Shown one piece after another: positions 1 through 9,613 of a DNA stretch of 64,000 nucleotides (the first letter of the stretch is position 1; every line of letters starts with the position of its first letter). The notes under the pieces were generated by a model. It was not told where the DNA came from. It did no database searches and worked only from the letters and a program-made list of their open reading frames with translations. The translations under genes and the position numbers were made by a program. The stretch is taken from contig JACPZE010000044.1 in assembly GCA_016195685.1 (NCBI GenBank), positions 633-64,632 on the forward strand, in the 5' to 3' direction. This DNA is from Candidatus Gottesmanbacteria bacterium (GTDB lineage: Bacteria > Patescibacteriota > Microgenomatia > 2-02-FULL-39-11).

Positions 1-586
1 GGATTAATAAATAAAAAGATAAAGTAATAAAGAAAGTAAGATAAGTATCTACAGCGTAGAAGTGCGAGAGTTGGACAGGAAGAACCATGATGGAGTAGAG
101 GAACATAGCAAGAAGGGGTAAATTTCTAATTGACCTAATTTCTAATTGACCTAATTGAGATTTGGCGTTTGGGGATTTTTTAGAAATTAGAAATTTGGAT
201 TTAGAAATTGCTTGTTTAGCTATTAGATAAACAAGTATTACCGTTCCCAGATCTACCATCGCTGAGAGTTGTCTGCCTATGATGGTGAGGTGCCCATAAT
301 CACCTTTTCCCAGAAGTTCTGCCACCCATTTGGTGAAAAATACAGGGAAAGTGCCATAGACGAAAAAGCCAAAACCCCGGTTATGAGGATTTAATGGCGA
401 AATTCCCGTATCCAAGTATTCTCCAAAATCTTTGGGCCAGGAAATACCTGTAGCGACCATGGTGAGAAATCTTTCATCCGGGTGAAGATGCTGTCCTTGA
501 TCCCAGTTGACACCGTAGAGACGCAAGAATGCGGCAAGAAGTAAGATTCCTAATGCTAATATTAAGGTCGAGAGTTTCTTGTCCAT
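1..586 (-). CDS. GT-C (PMT/ArnT-like) membrane glycosyltransferase, runs off the window edge
   Basis: Manual translation from ATG at 586: MDKKLSTLILALGILLLAAFLRLYGVNWDQGQHLHPDERF...YGTFP...QLSHFYAVD. The LR..G.W...HPDE motif is typical of GT-C. Not in the ORF track. Confidence 0.8.
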   Translation of the reverse strand, partial: MDKKLSTLILALGILLLAAFLRLYGVNWDQGQHLHPDERFLTMVATGISWPKDFGEYLDTGISPLNPHNRGFGFFVYGTFPVFFTKWVAELLGKGDYGHLTIIGRQLSAMVDLGTVILVYLIAKQAISKSKFLISKKSPNAKSQLGQLEIRSIRNLPLLAMFLYSIMVLPVQLSHFYAVDTYLTFFITLSFYLLI

Positions 587-687
587 TAATTTTTAATTTT
601 CAATTTACAATGAATTTTCAATGATTTAATTATCAAATTGAAAAATTGAGATTTGATTGAAAACTGAAAATTTTAAATTGAAAATTG
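587..687. repeat. Intergenic fold-back heptamer array, (TTTTCAA)n followed by (TTGAAAA)n
   Basis: Degenerate 7-mer units in inverted arrangement between two same-strand GT-C genes. Confidence 0.75.
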
Positions 688-700
688 TTACCTAAGTTTA

Positions 701-2716
701 TCAGATATTAAATAATGATCGATACTCATCTATTGTAATCGGTTTGATCTTTCGATATATCCTTATCACCGGATGATCAAATACCGTGAATGTTTCTTCA
801 GCGCCCTCATCTGGAATACTTAATTGATAATTGCCCATTGATAATTGCGGAAAGGAATAAATTTCTGAAACTTTTTCAAACCCCAAGGCTCCAGAGAATA
901 ATAATTGATAATATTTTGTAACCAGGGGATATTTGTTTAGGATGTTGGGATAATTGGCAAATATTCTCCGAGAAGGGATGAAGATAAAATCGGACTTTTC
1001 CAGATGGTTTAGTAACTGCTGGAAAATCTGTGGATTTTCATCCATATGATAGAAATCAAAAGAGATAACCGTATAGTTTTTAGAAGTTGATTGCTGGTTT
1101 GTGGTTTTGGCTATGCCAAGTGGTATATCTACAACGTTGGCTGTTTCAGATAGTACATAAGAGTGATCCGGAATATTATTGTAAATCCAATAAGACGCTT
1201 GTAGTCTACTGTCATCATGGGTGTAGATGGACATAAACATCAATCCTGGAAGGATTGATGAAAATAAAAAGGCAAAAATCAAAAGGTAAAAGTAATTTTG
1301 AATTTTTCGACTGAAATTTTTTATGAATCGATAAATCAAATAAACTGTAAAAGCTGCAAAAATACTGAAGAATGGTAGTATCGGTGTCATAAACCTAGTC
1401 CATTTGGCAAAAAGAAAGGCGTTGGGGAGGAAATAGATAAGTAATGAAACCATTACTATAAATAATAATTGTAGCCCGTCCCGTTTTTTATTCTTTGTAT
1501 AATTTGAAATTTGAAATTTGAAATTTTTATTGAATTTGAAAATTTTTAATTTGAATCTTGATTGAAAATTGAAAATTGAAAATTGAAAATTTATTACTAG
1601 ATCAACAAAAAGAATGATAACTGCAGTTATAAACCCTAAAGATCCAAGGATAAACACCGGCCAGCCCAACGCATAGGGAAATATCTTTTCCGCCTGGAAA
1701 AGTATGGGTGTGGTGTTTGCAAATTGCCTGGTGTAAAAAGCCTCATATCTACCTGTGGCTACATCACTCTCATAGCCAAATACAGCGCTTTTAAAATCGG
1801 CAGGATCTGCTAAATTATATGGAGAAGATATGAAAAAAATTAAAGTACTGCCAACAAGGACCAATAATCCCATAAACCCATAAGCCAATAAGCCGGAAAT
1901 CCTCTTTTTACTCCTCTTATTTAATAGTTGGATGATTTGTATCAATAGAGTTATTGCAGTAGGAATAAGGAAAAAGATTCCAGTGAGTTTGCTTCCCAAG
2001 GCAAGACCGATGGTGAAAGACAAAAGTATTAAGTATTTAGTATTAAGTATGAAGTATTTGGGGAAAGATTTAACCGTTGCAATTTCCATCAATTTCATCG
2101 AAAAATATATTGATGCTAGAAAGAAAAAGGTGAGAAAAGATTCTGTGGTGCCGAAGTGAGCTGATTGGATAAGGCCGGGAGAAAAAGCAGTAGCTAGAGC
2201 AGCAAATAGTGAGTATTTGGTAGGAAGTAGTTTTTGGCAGAGAAGAAATACGAAGAAGACTGTGAAGATAGATGATAAAGTAGAATATAAACGGAGCCAA
2301 AAGATAGCGGAGGGGAAATTAGTGGATAGATAGTTAGTAGTTAGTAGTTGGTAGTTGGTAGTTGGTAGAAGGCGAAGTGAAAACTGGGTGATTTGGTCGC
2401 TAAAATATGCTAAATAAAGCGGAAACTGGCCATAGGAAAAGAAACGCGGGTTGAGATTACAGTTGTTGATTGTTAATTGTTGATTGTTAAGTGTTGATTG
2501 AAGATTAGGAGTTAACTGAGAAATGATACATGAAGGGATATCTGATAATTTTACCGGAAGGCGGAATTGGGAAATGGCATTGGCCATATTGCGCTCGTCA
2601 GGATCGAAGAAATAAGGAGCATCGTGCATGAGGTGGAAGAAGCGAAGGAAGGAAGCGATTAAGAGAATTATTATTAGTAGGTAAGTCTCATACTTTCGGA
2701 ACATTGTTACATTCAT
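701..2716 (-). CDS. GT-C (PMT-2 family) glycosyltransferase with several in-frame microsatellite-derived inserts
   Basis: LRF...FDPDE, YGQFPLY, SAHFGTTE and DHPVIRIY motifs; many TM helices; paralog of the 1..586 gene. Confidence 0.85.
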   Translation of the reverse strand: MNVTMFRKYETYLLIIILLIASFLRFFHLMHDAPYFFDPDERNMANAISQFRLPVKLSDIPSCIISQLTPNLQSTLNNQQLTINNCNLNPRFFSYGQFPLYLAYFSDQITQFSLRLLPTTNYQLLTTNYLSTNFPSAIFWLRLYSTLSSIFTVFFVFLLCQKLLPTKYSLFAALATAFSPGLIQSAHFGTTESFLTFFFLASIYFSMKLMEIATVKSFPKYFILNTKYLILLSFTIGLALGSKLTGIFFLIPTAITLLIQIIQLLNKRSKKRISGLLAYGFMGLLVLVGSTLIFFISSPYNLADPADFKSAVFGYESDVATGRYEAFYTRQFANTTPILFQAEKIFPYALGWPVFILGSLGFITAVIILFVDLVINFQFSIFNFQSRFKLKIFKFNKNFKFQISNYTKNKKRDGLQLLFIVMVSLLIYFLPNAFLFAKWTRFMTPILPFFSIFAAFTVYLIYRFIKNFSRKIQNYFYLLIFAFLFSSILPGLMFMSIYTHDDSRLQASYWIYNNIPDHSYVLSETANVVDIPLGIAKTTNQQSTSKNYTVISFDFYHMDENPQIFQQLLNHLEKSDFIFIPSRRIFANYPNILNKYPLVTKYYQLLFSGALGFEKVSEIYSFPQLSMGNYQLSIPDEGAEETFTVFDHPVIRIYRKIKPITIDEYRSLFNI
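1501..1591. repeat. In-frame compound heptamer tract (AATTTGA)n...(AAATTGA)n encoding NFQFSIFNFQ...NFKFQISN
   Basis: Read directly; a homologous tract lies at 41723..41823. Confidence 0.85.
2331..2368. repeat. In-frame heptamer tract (TAGTTRG)x5
   Basis: tagttag tagttag tagttgg tagttgg tagttgg tag, encoding PTTNYQLLTTNY. Confidence 0.85.
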
Positions 2717-2742
2717 TAGAAATTATTAATTAGAAATTTCTG

Positions 2743-3675
2743 TCAGAGGATATATAAAAACATGATTATTAACAAGCCCCACATAAGTATAGACACAATC
2801 AGTGGAAGATCTGTAGTGATGATCTTTTCTGGACGTTCTCCCTGAGTTCCCTCATAGGCTAGTTGAGCATAGCGCATAAGGCCGTAGATGACAAAAGGAA
2901 TAGTGATGATCATCCATTTACGCTCTATTGCTTGCGGTACTGTATTAAAAAGAAATGTCCGAAATGGAGGATTAAAGTGGGAAGGTTCTTCCCAAAAAGT
3001 AAACATCGCGTAAGCCAGTATCGCGGCCGACCCAAACATGGAATTATAAAAATCCAAAAGATGTTCACGATATTGAAATAGGACAGGACGGGTAGTAGTG
3101 CCTTCGCGTATCAATTCCGAATGTCTCTTGGTAGCTGCGACAAATAAAGCTACAAACATCACTGCCAAAAAGAGCCAAAAAGGCAGATGGTAGCCAGTGA
3201 TGGCTTCTCCTGCATACGCCCTTAAAATAAAAGAAAATGCGATTCCCATGATATCCAATATCGCGTGTTTCTTAAGTACCGTAGAATAAAGGATATGGAT
3301 GATGGCAAAAGCAGCCGCGACAAAGAAAAATACAGTAGAGAGAAGTAGTGCTGCAATAAGCCCAAAAAATCCCAACAAAAATGCAGCTTCAGATGCCAAA
3401 CTTAAAGAGATGAGTCCAGCAGCAAGAGGTCTGGTTTTCTTATCCGGGTGAAGCTTATCAAATTTCAGATCAATGATGTCGTTGAAAAGATAAGAAGCAG
3501 AGGAGATAGCACAAAATATCAAAAACCCCAAAAATGTCATGATGAAGAATCGCGGGTCAAAAAGCTTACCGGTGAAAATGATAGCGGCGAAGAGGATAAA
3601 GTTTTTTACCCATTGGTTTGGTCTAAGAGCAAGTAACAGTGGCGGTAAGGGGAAGAGTGTTTTTATCTTCATCAT
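2743..3675 (-). CDS. UbiA-family prenyltransferase, decaprenyl-phosphate phosphoribosyltransferase-like
   Basis: LRPNQWVKN, YLFNDIIDLKFDKLHPDKKTRPLAAG, KRHSE and TIPFVIYGLMRY are typical of the DPPR-synthase subfamily; start moved to the MMKIK ATG. Confidence 0.85.
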   Translation of the reverse strand: MMKIKTLFPLPPLLLALRPNQWVKNFILFAAIIFTGKLFDPRFFIMTFLGFLIFCAISSASYLFNDIIDLKFDKLHPDKKTRPLAAGLISLSLASEAAFLLGFFGLIAALLLSTVFFFVAAAFAIIHILYSTVLKKHAILDIMGIAFSFILRAYAGEAITGYHLPFWLFLAVMFVALFVAATKRHSELIREGTTTRPVLFQYREHLLDFYNSMFGSAAILAYAMFTFWEEPSHFNPPFRTFLFNTVPQAIERKWMIITIPFVIYGLMRYAQLAYEGTQGERPEKIITTDLPLIVSILMWGLLIIMFLYIL

Positions 3676-3733
3676 GGGTATTTTAAGGCAGTTGAGAGAG
3701 AATATCAATCATGAAGATAGAAAAGGTGGCCAT

Positions 3734-3766
3734 AAAAAAACCAGGCGCCCTCAGGCGCCTGGTTTT
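3734..3766 (-). terminator. Intrinsic terminator after the major pilin gene
   Basis: CCAGGCGCC-ctca-GGCGCCTGG stem flanked by A7 and T4. Confidence 0.9.
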
Positions 3767-3781
3767 CTCCACTTTTATAAT

Positions 3782-4231
3782 TTATCGTGTCACTTGTATG
3801 GTTTCACTAAGCTCAGCGCCAGGAGCAGAAACAGTGATACGATTGTCAGTAGCGCTTTTCACTACCTTATAGTTGGTAGTGTAAGATGCTGTACAATCCG
3901 TAACGTCCCCACCTGTCACTAACGGATCTCTCGGTAGAGCAGCCAGATATTTGGTCACAACAGATGCGCAAATGTCTGCTTCTCCAGTGCCGTTTCCAAT
4001 TGTCAGCGCGCTGGTTGTAATCGCAGCTGGAAGCGCGCCTTTGTTGTCCGCAGCGTATTGGTGAACTGCATTTAACAGCGCATTCACGTCGCTTCTTCGT
4101 TTGGTGTTATTGGCTTGTGAAAATTGCCTGGCCGGATTGATTGCTACCAAAGCGATAGCAAAAAGAACTGCCAAAATGCCTATAACAACCAGGATTTCTA
4201 TCAGCGTAAATCCTTTCTGGTTTTTCCTCAT
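3782..4231 (-). CDS. Type IV pilin (probable major pilin)
   Basis: KGF-TLIE class III signal; strong AAAGGAGG RBS; own terminator; C-terminal Cys pair. Confidence 0.9.
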   Translation of the reverse strand: MRKNQKGFTLIEILVVIGILAVLFAIALVAINPARQFSQANNTKRRSDVNALLNAVHQYAADNKGALPAAITTSALTIGNGTGEADICASVVTKYLAALPRDPLVTGGDVTDCTASYTTNYKVVKSATDNRITVSAPGAELSETIQVTR

Positions 4232-4315
4232 AGGAGACCTCCTTTGATATATTTTTATAATATTAATTCCAGTACATCACAGCTAAATTTTCTTGTCAAG
4301 TAGTAGTTATTTATT

Positions 4316-5152
4316 TTATAGTTTAGGTTGATTTATAGCTCCATCATCAGTACTTGTGTTGTTCTGATTCATACCTGCAGAAGGAGAAGATATGTTATTG
4401 AAATTGTTCGTGGGTAATGTGGGTACTCTATTTATAAAAATTGTCGGAGTTGGTGTTGACTTGGGCGCTACCGAAGGGGAATATGATTTCAGGTAAAGTA
4501 TGATCAGTACCAACACCAAGACAAATAATATAGGTAGTAATAAGATAAGTGTGTGATTATCGCTCTTCATATCTGTTCTGTCCTTTTTATTTTGACTTTT
4601 GGGGTAAGAATTTTGATTCGTCAGGAGTGTATTTTGTTTCGCAAGATCAAATCTTTCAAGTATTATCCGTGCGATTGATACATCCAAGTTATCAGATACA
4701 GTTACATCCTTACCAAGTACAAAAATAGGGATGACCGATTCAATCACAAATCCTGCTTGTTCAAACGCATCGTTGACGGCGCGGTATAAATCCGCATTAG
4801 TTGCTACAAGTTTTGATCCGGTTGGAAGTTTATATATCTTAGTACTGCAATTTTCAAAAGGGACTGTATCAACGAATTTTTGCAGTTCACTGTCCTGGTG
4901 AAATTCCGGAGTCTGCGAAAATTCTTTTTCAAAATATACATGAGGGGAGAGTACGATCATCACTTGGGATGGTGTAATTTTATTATTATCTATAAATGAC
5001 TTGATTTGTAGATTAAAAGCAGCAGAATTCACCACGTCAAGGTCATTTACAAATTCTTTTGTGAATTGGAAAGTCAAAGCAGAAGACCGGTTGTGATCAT
5101 AATAGTTGATTTTATCCCGGTCTATAAAAATGACGCTTTTTTCAAAATTCAT
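4316..5152 (-). CDS. Pilus-operon protein, possibly a degenerate PilM/GspL-like domain with TM helix and Pro/Thr tail
   Basis: Operon position and single TM; family assignment is weak. Confidence 0.45.
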   Translation of the reverse strand: MNFEKSVIFIDRDKINYYDHNRSSALTFQFTKEFVNDLDVVNSAAFNLQIKSFIDNNKITPSQVMIVLSPHVYFEKEFSQTPEFHQDSELQKFVDTVPFENCSTKIYKLPTGSKLVATNADLYRAVNDAFEQAGFVIESVIPIFVLGKDVTVSDNLDVSIARIILERFDLAKQNTLLTNQNSYPKSQNKKDRTDMKSDNHTLILLLPILFVLVLVLIILYLKSYSPSVAPKSTPTPTIFINRVPTLPTNNFNNISSPSAGMNQNNTSTDDGAINQPKL

Positions 5153-5155
5153 GAT

Positions 5156-5554
5156 CTAAATTTCCTTCCAAGATTGAACAGTCAAAATATTATTTGTGTA
5201 ATCAACTGTTACTTGAATCGTCCGTGACAAATTATTCAGTGTGCCGACTGAAGTGATGGTTATCGGGTTTGACCCGCTTATCTGTATAGTAGCATTTCCG
5301 GTATCAATTGGAAGTGTTTCACCTGTGTAATTCGGGTTTCGCAAAAGTCTGATTAAAGCATTTTCTACACCGCTTTCTGCAATATAATATGCTGAGTTTC
5401 CCTGATCAAATTTACTGGCAGAAACGGAGTTGGAAAGTATTATTACGACCGCCCCGGATGTCACCGTAATAGCAATAATCATAAAAAAAAGGAGGGTGAC
5501 TAATGCCTGACCATGATTTGAAATAGATGAGCGTTTCAAAATATTTATACCCAT
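5156..5554 (-). CDS. PilX-like minor pilin
   Basis: GQALVTLL N-terminus; AYYIAESGVENALIRL motif. Confidence 0.8.
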   Translation of the reverse strand: MGINILKRSSISNHGQALVTLLFFMIIAITVTSGAVVIILSNSVSASKFDQGNSAYYIAESGVENALIRLLRNPNYTGETLPIDTGNATIQISGSNPITITSVGTLNNLSRTIQVTVDYTNNILTVQSWKEI

Positions 5555-5558
5555 AAAT

Positions 5559-6053
5559 TTACCGTATTCCTACGGTCGTTTGAAAAGTTTTAGTTTCAGG
5601 ACCTTTTGACCTTTGAGTAATGCTGGAAATGGTAAAAGATATTTTTACGTTATTTTTGCCGCTGACATTTCCTAATCTTTGGAAAGTAAGGTTTGACACT
5701 AAACTATCATATCCGTTTAAATCATCGGTAGAACTATTTTTAGTGATTTGAATTTTGCCGTTAGTTAAAGTAAAAGTCTCATTCACTCCGTTAACCGTAA
5801 TTTGCAAAGTATTACCTGTTGCGCCCAAAGAAGGTGAAGTTATACTTTGCGCGCGATTGATATCATATGCAAGCTTTGCGATTAAATATCTGCCATCCTG
5901 TTCTATGCCGGCGATGGATTCGGATTCAAGTTTGATATCGATAGTTGAAATAAATATATTGGTTAAAACTACTATAAATACTGATAACATCCCTATATAT
6001 ATAATAATTTCTATAATTGAAAAACCGAAATTTTTTTTGAGCAATTTAGCCAT
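5559..6053 (-). CDS. PilW-like minor pilin
   Basis: GFSIIEIIIYIG prepilin motif. Confidence 0.8.
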   Translation of the reverse strand: MAKLLKKNFGFSIIEIIIYIGMLSVFIVVLTNIFISTIDIKLESESIAGIEQDGRYLIAKLAYDINRAQSITSPSLGATGNTLQITVNGVNETFTLTNGKIQITKNSSTDDLNGYDSLVSNLTFQRLGNVSGKNNVKISFTISSITQRSKGPETKTFQTTVGIR

Positions 6054-6058
6054 AATAT

Positions 6059-8035
6059 CTAAGGTGAATAATTAAAAGTAATATCATATAAAGTTGGCGC
6101 AACAGTTGGTGAAGAAGTAGAGAAATAGGCTTTATACTTTACACATCGACCTGGGTTACTAAAACCGTTCTGATTACTGGTAAATGGTATAGGCCAGGAT
6201 ACTGAGAAAGGAGAAGTATTGTAAGTAGAAGAAGTAAAATAAGCGTTTGGATCCGGCACATACGGATTAGTCGCGCTTGGACCAAAAAAAGTATATGTGG
6301 CGTTGGAGCAACTTCCGTTGACAGGTTCACTGATGGCAATTTGAAATTTTATACTTGTATTGGATGGTTGAGAGACGGTAGCAAATAGTCTATTAAAGGC
6401 GACATCAGTACCAGGATCGGATAAAACTGCTGACTGATATGTTCCGGATAGTGCAAATGTTCCCCCCGGTCCTCCCTCAATTATTTGAAGTTCAGCGCTG
6501 GCATTGTCAGTCAAAATATAAGAAAAAGCATCTGTATCGGGTTCCAACACAGATGATATCGCATTTAGGCCGGTAACTCCTGTAGGGCTAGTTTGACCGC
6601 AGAGACTGATATTTGTCTTTATTTGTGTGTTGAATACCTGATACAAAGTTCCGCCAGTGCCTACAATAACAGCTCTATTTCCGTTTAAAACGTTAATTAC
6701 TCCTTTTGGTGTCATTCCATTTGTATTTGAGCTGTTTATACTTTGGGGAGAAGTTGGATTGGATATGTCTACGATATAAAAGTTTGATTTCCCTGACGCA
6801 TAGGCGGTGACAATAAAAAGATATGATCCAGTTGGATCAATGTCCAAATCTATACCGGCCAGATTATTCCCTAAGTTTACATTTGTAATCGCATGAGTAC
6901 TAATATTAATAATTTGCAGCTGACTGGTTGTACTATCGGTTGCGACAAATAAATAGTTTCCATAAATAAGTACCTTTTTACCCGTACCTGCTAAATTCAC
7001 ATTCCATAATTCAGTTTGAGAGGAACTACCAAGTATTGTAGTGACATCAAAAGCATAAAGTTTGCTGCCGGCAGCGACGTAGCCGGTGTTTCCAGAGACA
7101 TAAACACTGTTACCCGGTCGTTCTCCTCCTGAGGAGTTAAAATAACCAGCATGTGAAAGAGTAGTAGGATTTACTATATCTACAGTTAAGTTAGGATGGT
7201 CTGAGGTTAAATAAACATAATTTGGAGTGGCATAAATTGCATAAGTTTTAAAATAATTATAAGCACCTGCATTTGCCGCTGCCGGTGCAATAGGCTGGGG
7301 GGGATCGGAAATATTTACGCTATCCATAGAGTCCCCTGAAGCATTCCCTCCGGTTGTGGTATAAGCATGCCCATAGATTGCACTGATTGCGGTAGTTATC
7401 CCCTGGCCGGGAAGATCAAGAGTGTTAACCACCTCATTTTGAGGCTTACACCAGTCTCCGCGGCCTGGGCCGGCCGCGGTCAAGGTTATCTCCCCGCCAC
7501 TATTATTGGTTATTACAGTATTATTGTTAACACTTCCAGATTGGTTGAAATCTGCCTGTGTTGTTTGTAAAACATTAGCATTTTTAAGAAACCTGGTAAG
7601 GTACATTGTGCTGTCAACAGATGAAGAAAAAGGAGTATTCCATGATACGGTTGAAACGATTTTCTTAGTGGCTGGATCGATTGTCCCACCCGTTGAAACG
7701 ATATTCCCATTTGTACCTATTTGGGTATCACTTATCACAATTTTTCGGGTATATCCGTTCACTACCTCAGAATTTGATCCTAAAGACCAAGTGTTACCTG
7801 AAATAACAGGATGGTAAGTACCGTTGACGGCAATTGAAGACCAATTGGTCTCTCGTACACTCCGAATTGCTTCCTCAGCTTCTTTAAGGTACGTAGTGGC
7901 TTCAAGTCTTTGTGTTTGTTGCGCTTTACCTTCTCTGGAAGCGACCAATCCGGTTAAAAGTGCAGGTAAAAAAATACTCGCAAGTCCTATGGCGATTAAA
8001 AATTCTACGATTGTTTGTCCTTTTTGTTTGGTCAT
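6059..8035 (-). CDS. Large pilin-like protein with C-terminal LVIVD-type beta-propeller (putative tip adhesin)
   Basis: KGQTIVEFLIAIG prepilin motif; repeats such as VYVSGNTGYVA, LQIINIS and FYIVDISNPTSP. Confidence 0.75.
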   Translation of the reverse strand: MTKQKGQTIVEFLIAIGLASIFLPALLTGLVASREGKAQQTQRLEATTYLKEAEEAIRSVRETNWSSIAVNGTYHPVISGNTWSLGSNSEVVNGYTRKIVISDTQIGTNGNIVSTGGTIDPATKKIVSTVSWNTPFSSSVDSTMYLTRFLKNANVLQTTQADFNQSGSVNNNTVITNNSGGEITLTAAGPGRGDWCKPQNEVVNTLDLPGQGITTAISAIYGHAYTTTGGNASGDSMDSVNISDPPQPIAPAAANAGAYNYFKTYAIYATPNYVYLTSDHPNLTVDIVNPTTLSHAGYFNSSGGERPGNSVYVSGNTGYVAAGSKLYAFDVTTILGSSSQTELWNVNLAGTGKKVLIYGNYLFVATDSTTSQLQIINISTHAITNVNLGNNLAGIDLDIDPTGSYLFIVTAYASGKSNFYIVDISNPTSPQSINSSNTNGMTPKGVINVLNGNRAVIVGTGGTLYQVFNTQIKTNISLCGQTSPTGVTGLNAISSVLEPDTDAFSYILTDNASAELQIIEGGPGGTFALSGTYQSAVLSDPGTDVAFNRLFATVSQPSNTSIKFQIAISEPVNGSCSNATYTFFGPSATNPYVPDPNAYFTSSTYNTSPFSVSWPIPFTSNQNGFSNPGRCVKYKAYFSTSSPTVAPTLYDITFNYSP

Positions 8036-8061
8036 AAAGATTAAACACAAAGTTTTCTATC

Positions 8062-8550
8062 TTAATTCACAGATGTAACTATTCCATATTTATTTACGGT
8101 GATGATCTTTTGTTCAGACGATAATGAGTTTTTCATAGTGATTGTATTGTTGCCTATCGCACCTGATATATCTCCGGAGCCGCTTAGAAATATTATTTGT
8201 GAGGAAGGAAAAGTAGTACTGATGATCTGAATGTTATCGTCAAAGTTTATGTCTAAATTGGTTGATGATGATAAATTTAATGTACCATAGAAATCTGTAT
8301 ATTTATTGGTTGTAAGATATATACCGATATTGTCTTTTGTGTTATTTCCTTCGGTATCGCCAACCATAGCTTTTAATTGTTGGCTTTTTAAATTATTGAT
8401 AAAAGTGTCGATAGAATCAGAAAGTGACGCTTTGTGTTTCACATTTAAAAGATTGATAATTACCATCGTAACGAGCGAAGAAAAAATCAGAAGAGCTATA
8501 ATAACTTCAACTAGAGTAAAACCACGTTGTGTTTTTTTGTAAACAATCAT
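8062..8550 (-). CDS. FimT/FimU-like minor pilin
   Basis: RGFTLVEVII prepilin motif. Confidence 0.8.
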   Translation of the reverse strand: MIVYKKTQRGFTLVEVIIALLIFSSLVTMVIINLLNVKHKASLSDSIDTFINNLKSQQLKAMVGDTEGNNTKDNIGIYLTTNKYTDFYGTLNLSSSTNLDINFDDNIQIISTTFPSSQIIFLSGSGDISGAIGNNTITMKNSLSSEQKIITVNKYGIVTSVN

Positions 8551-8551
8551 T

Positions 8552-9613
8552 CTATCTGGCGCCGATTTGCCCGATCATTCCATAAATTGGAGATAATATG
8601 GACATCATCATTCCGCCTACCAAAACTCCAACCACTACGAGTATCAAAGGTTCCATAAGAGTAGTAGTAGTATGAAGTGTTTTGGATACCTGATAATCTA
8701 AATATTCGGAAATATCCTGCATAGATTTGTCCAGAGAGCCGCTTTTTTCACCTGCTTCAGTGATTTTTATCATGATACTGGGAAAGATATTTTTGGCATC
8801 TTTAAAACCTTCTGATAGTTTTTTACCTGATAAGACTAAATCTTTACAGTGTCTTATAGCAGTAGCCACTTCATTTTTCGTCACGATATCGAAAGTCAGA
8901 TCCAATGCTGCTGTAATTGGTATTCCGGCATTTAACAGAAGGTAAAGGCTGCGGGTAAAGTTCGTCAAATCGATTTCCTTTGCTAATTCCCTAAGAAGCG
9001 GTATAGAGAATAATAAATTAATGATTAATTTTTTATTTCTTCTATAAAGGAAGATAAATCCAAATACTACAACCGTTATTATGGCGATAACGGGTATTGT
9101 CTGAGTAAGAAGGGTGTTAGAAGCAAACATCAAAATCCTGGTAGGCAACGGCAACTTCATTTTCATTCTCAGAAAAACTGATGAAATTTTGGGAATGACA
9201 AAAACAAGGATCATCAGAAGTACGCCTGCGAAGACAAACATGATGACCACAGGGTAGATAAGCGCTCCTTTCACTTTATCTGAGAACTCTGTTTGTTTTC
9301 TGATATTTTCTCTCAGATCTTTTAAGGTAACATCTAGTGTTCCTGCTTCTTCAGCCGCTCTAATGATATTTACAGTAACTTTATCAAAGACGTTCGGAAA
9401 TTTTGCAAATGAAGTATGGAGTTGTTCACCTTGAACTAAATCTGCTCGCAGAGTCTCAAGGATTTTCTTTTGGTTTCCTTTGGCATCTTCAAGAATAGAA
9501 TCAACTGTCTCCAGTATTGAGATACCGGCTGATAGCATGGTTGATAGATTGCTGATAAGACCAATTTTTTCAGTAGCAGAAAGACTGATATATTCTGTTT
9601 TAATTTCACTCAT
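8552..9613 (-). CDS. pilC: Type IV pilus/T2SS platform protein PilC/GspF
   Basis: Two GspF domains (LSTMLSAGI...AAEEAGTL; GEKSGSLD...LMEP). Confidence 0.92.
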   Translation of the reverse strand: MSEIKTEYISLSATEKIGLISNLSTMLSAGISILETVDSILEDAKGNQKKILETLRADLVQGEQLHTSFAKFPNVFDKVTVNIIRAAEEAGTLDVTLKDLRENIRKQTEFSDKVKGALIYPVVIMFVFAGVLLMILVFVIPKISSVFLRMKMKLPLPTRILMFASNTLLTQTIPVIAIITVVVFGFIFLYRRNKKLIINLLFSIPLLRELAKEIDLTNFTRSLYLLLNAGIPITAALDLTFDIVTKNEVATAIRHCKDLVLSGKKLSEGFKDAKNIFPSIMIKITEAGEKSGSLDKSMQDISEYLDYQVSKTLHTTTTLMEPLILVVVGVLVGGMMMSILSPIYGMIGQIGAR

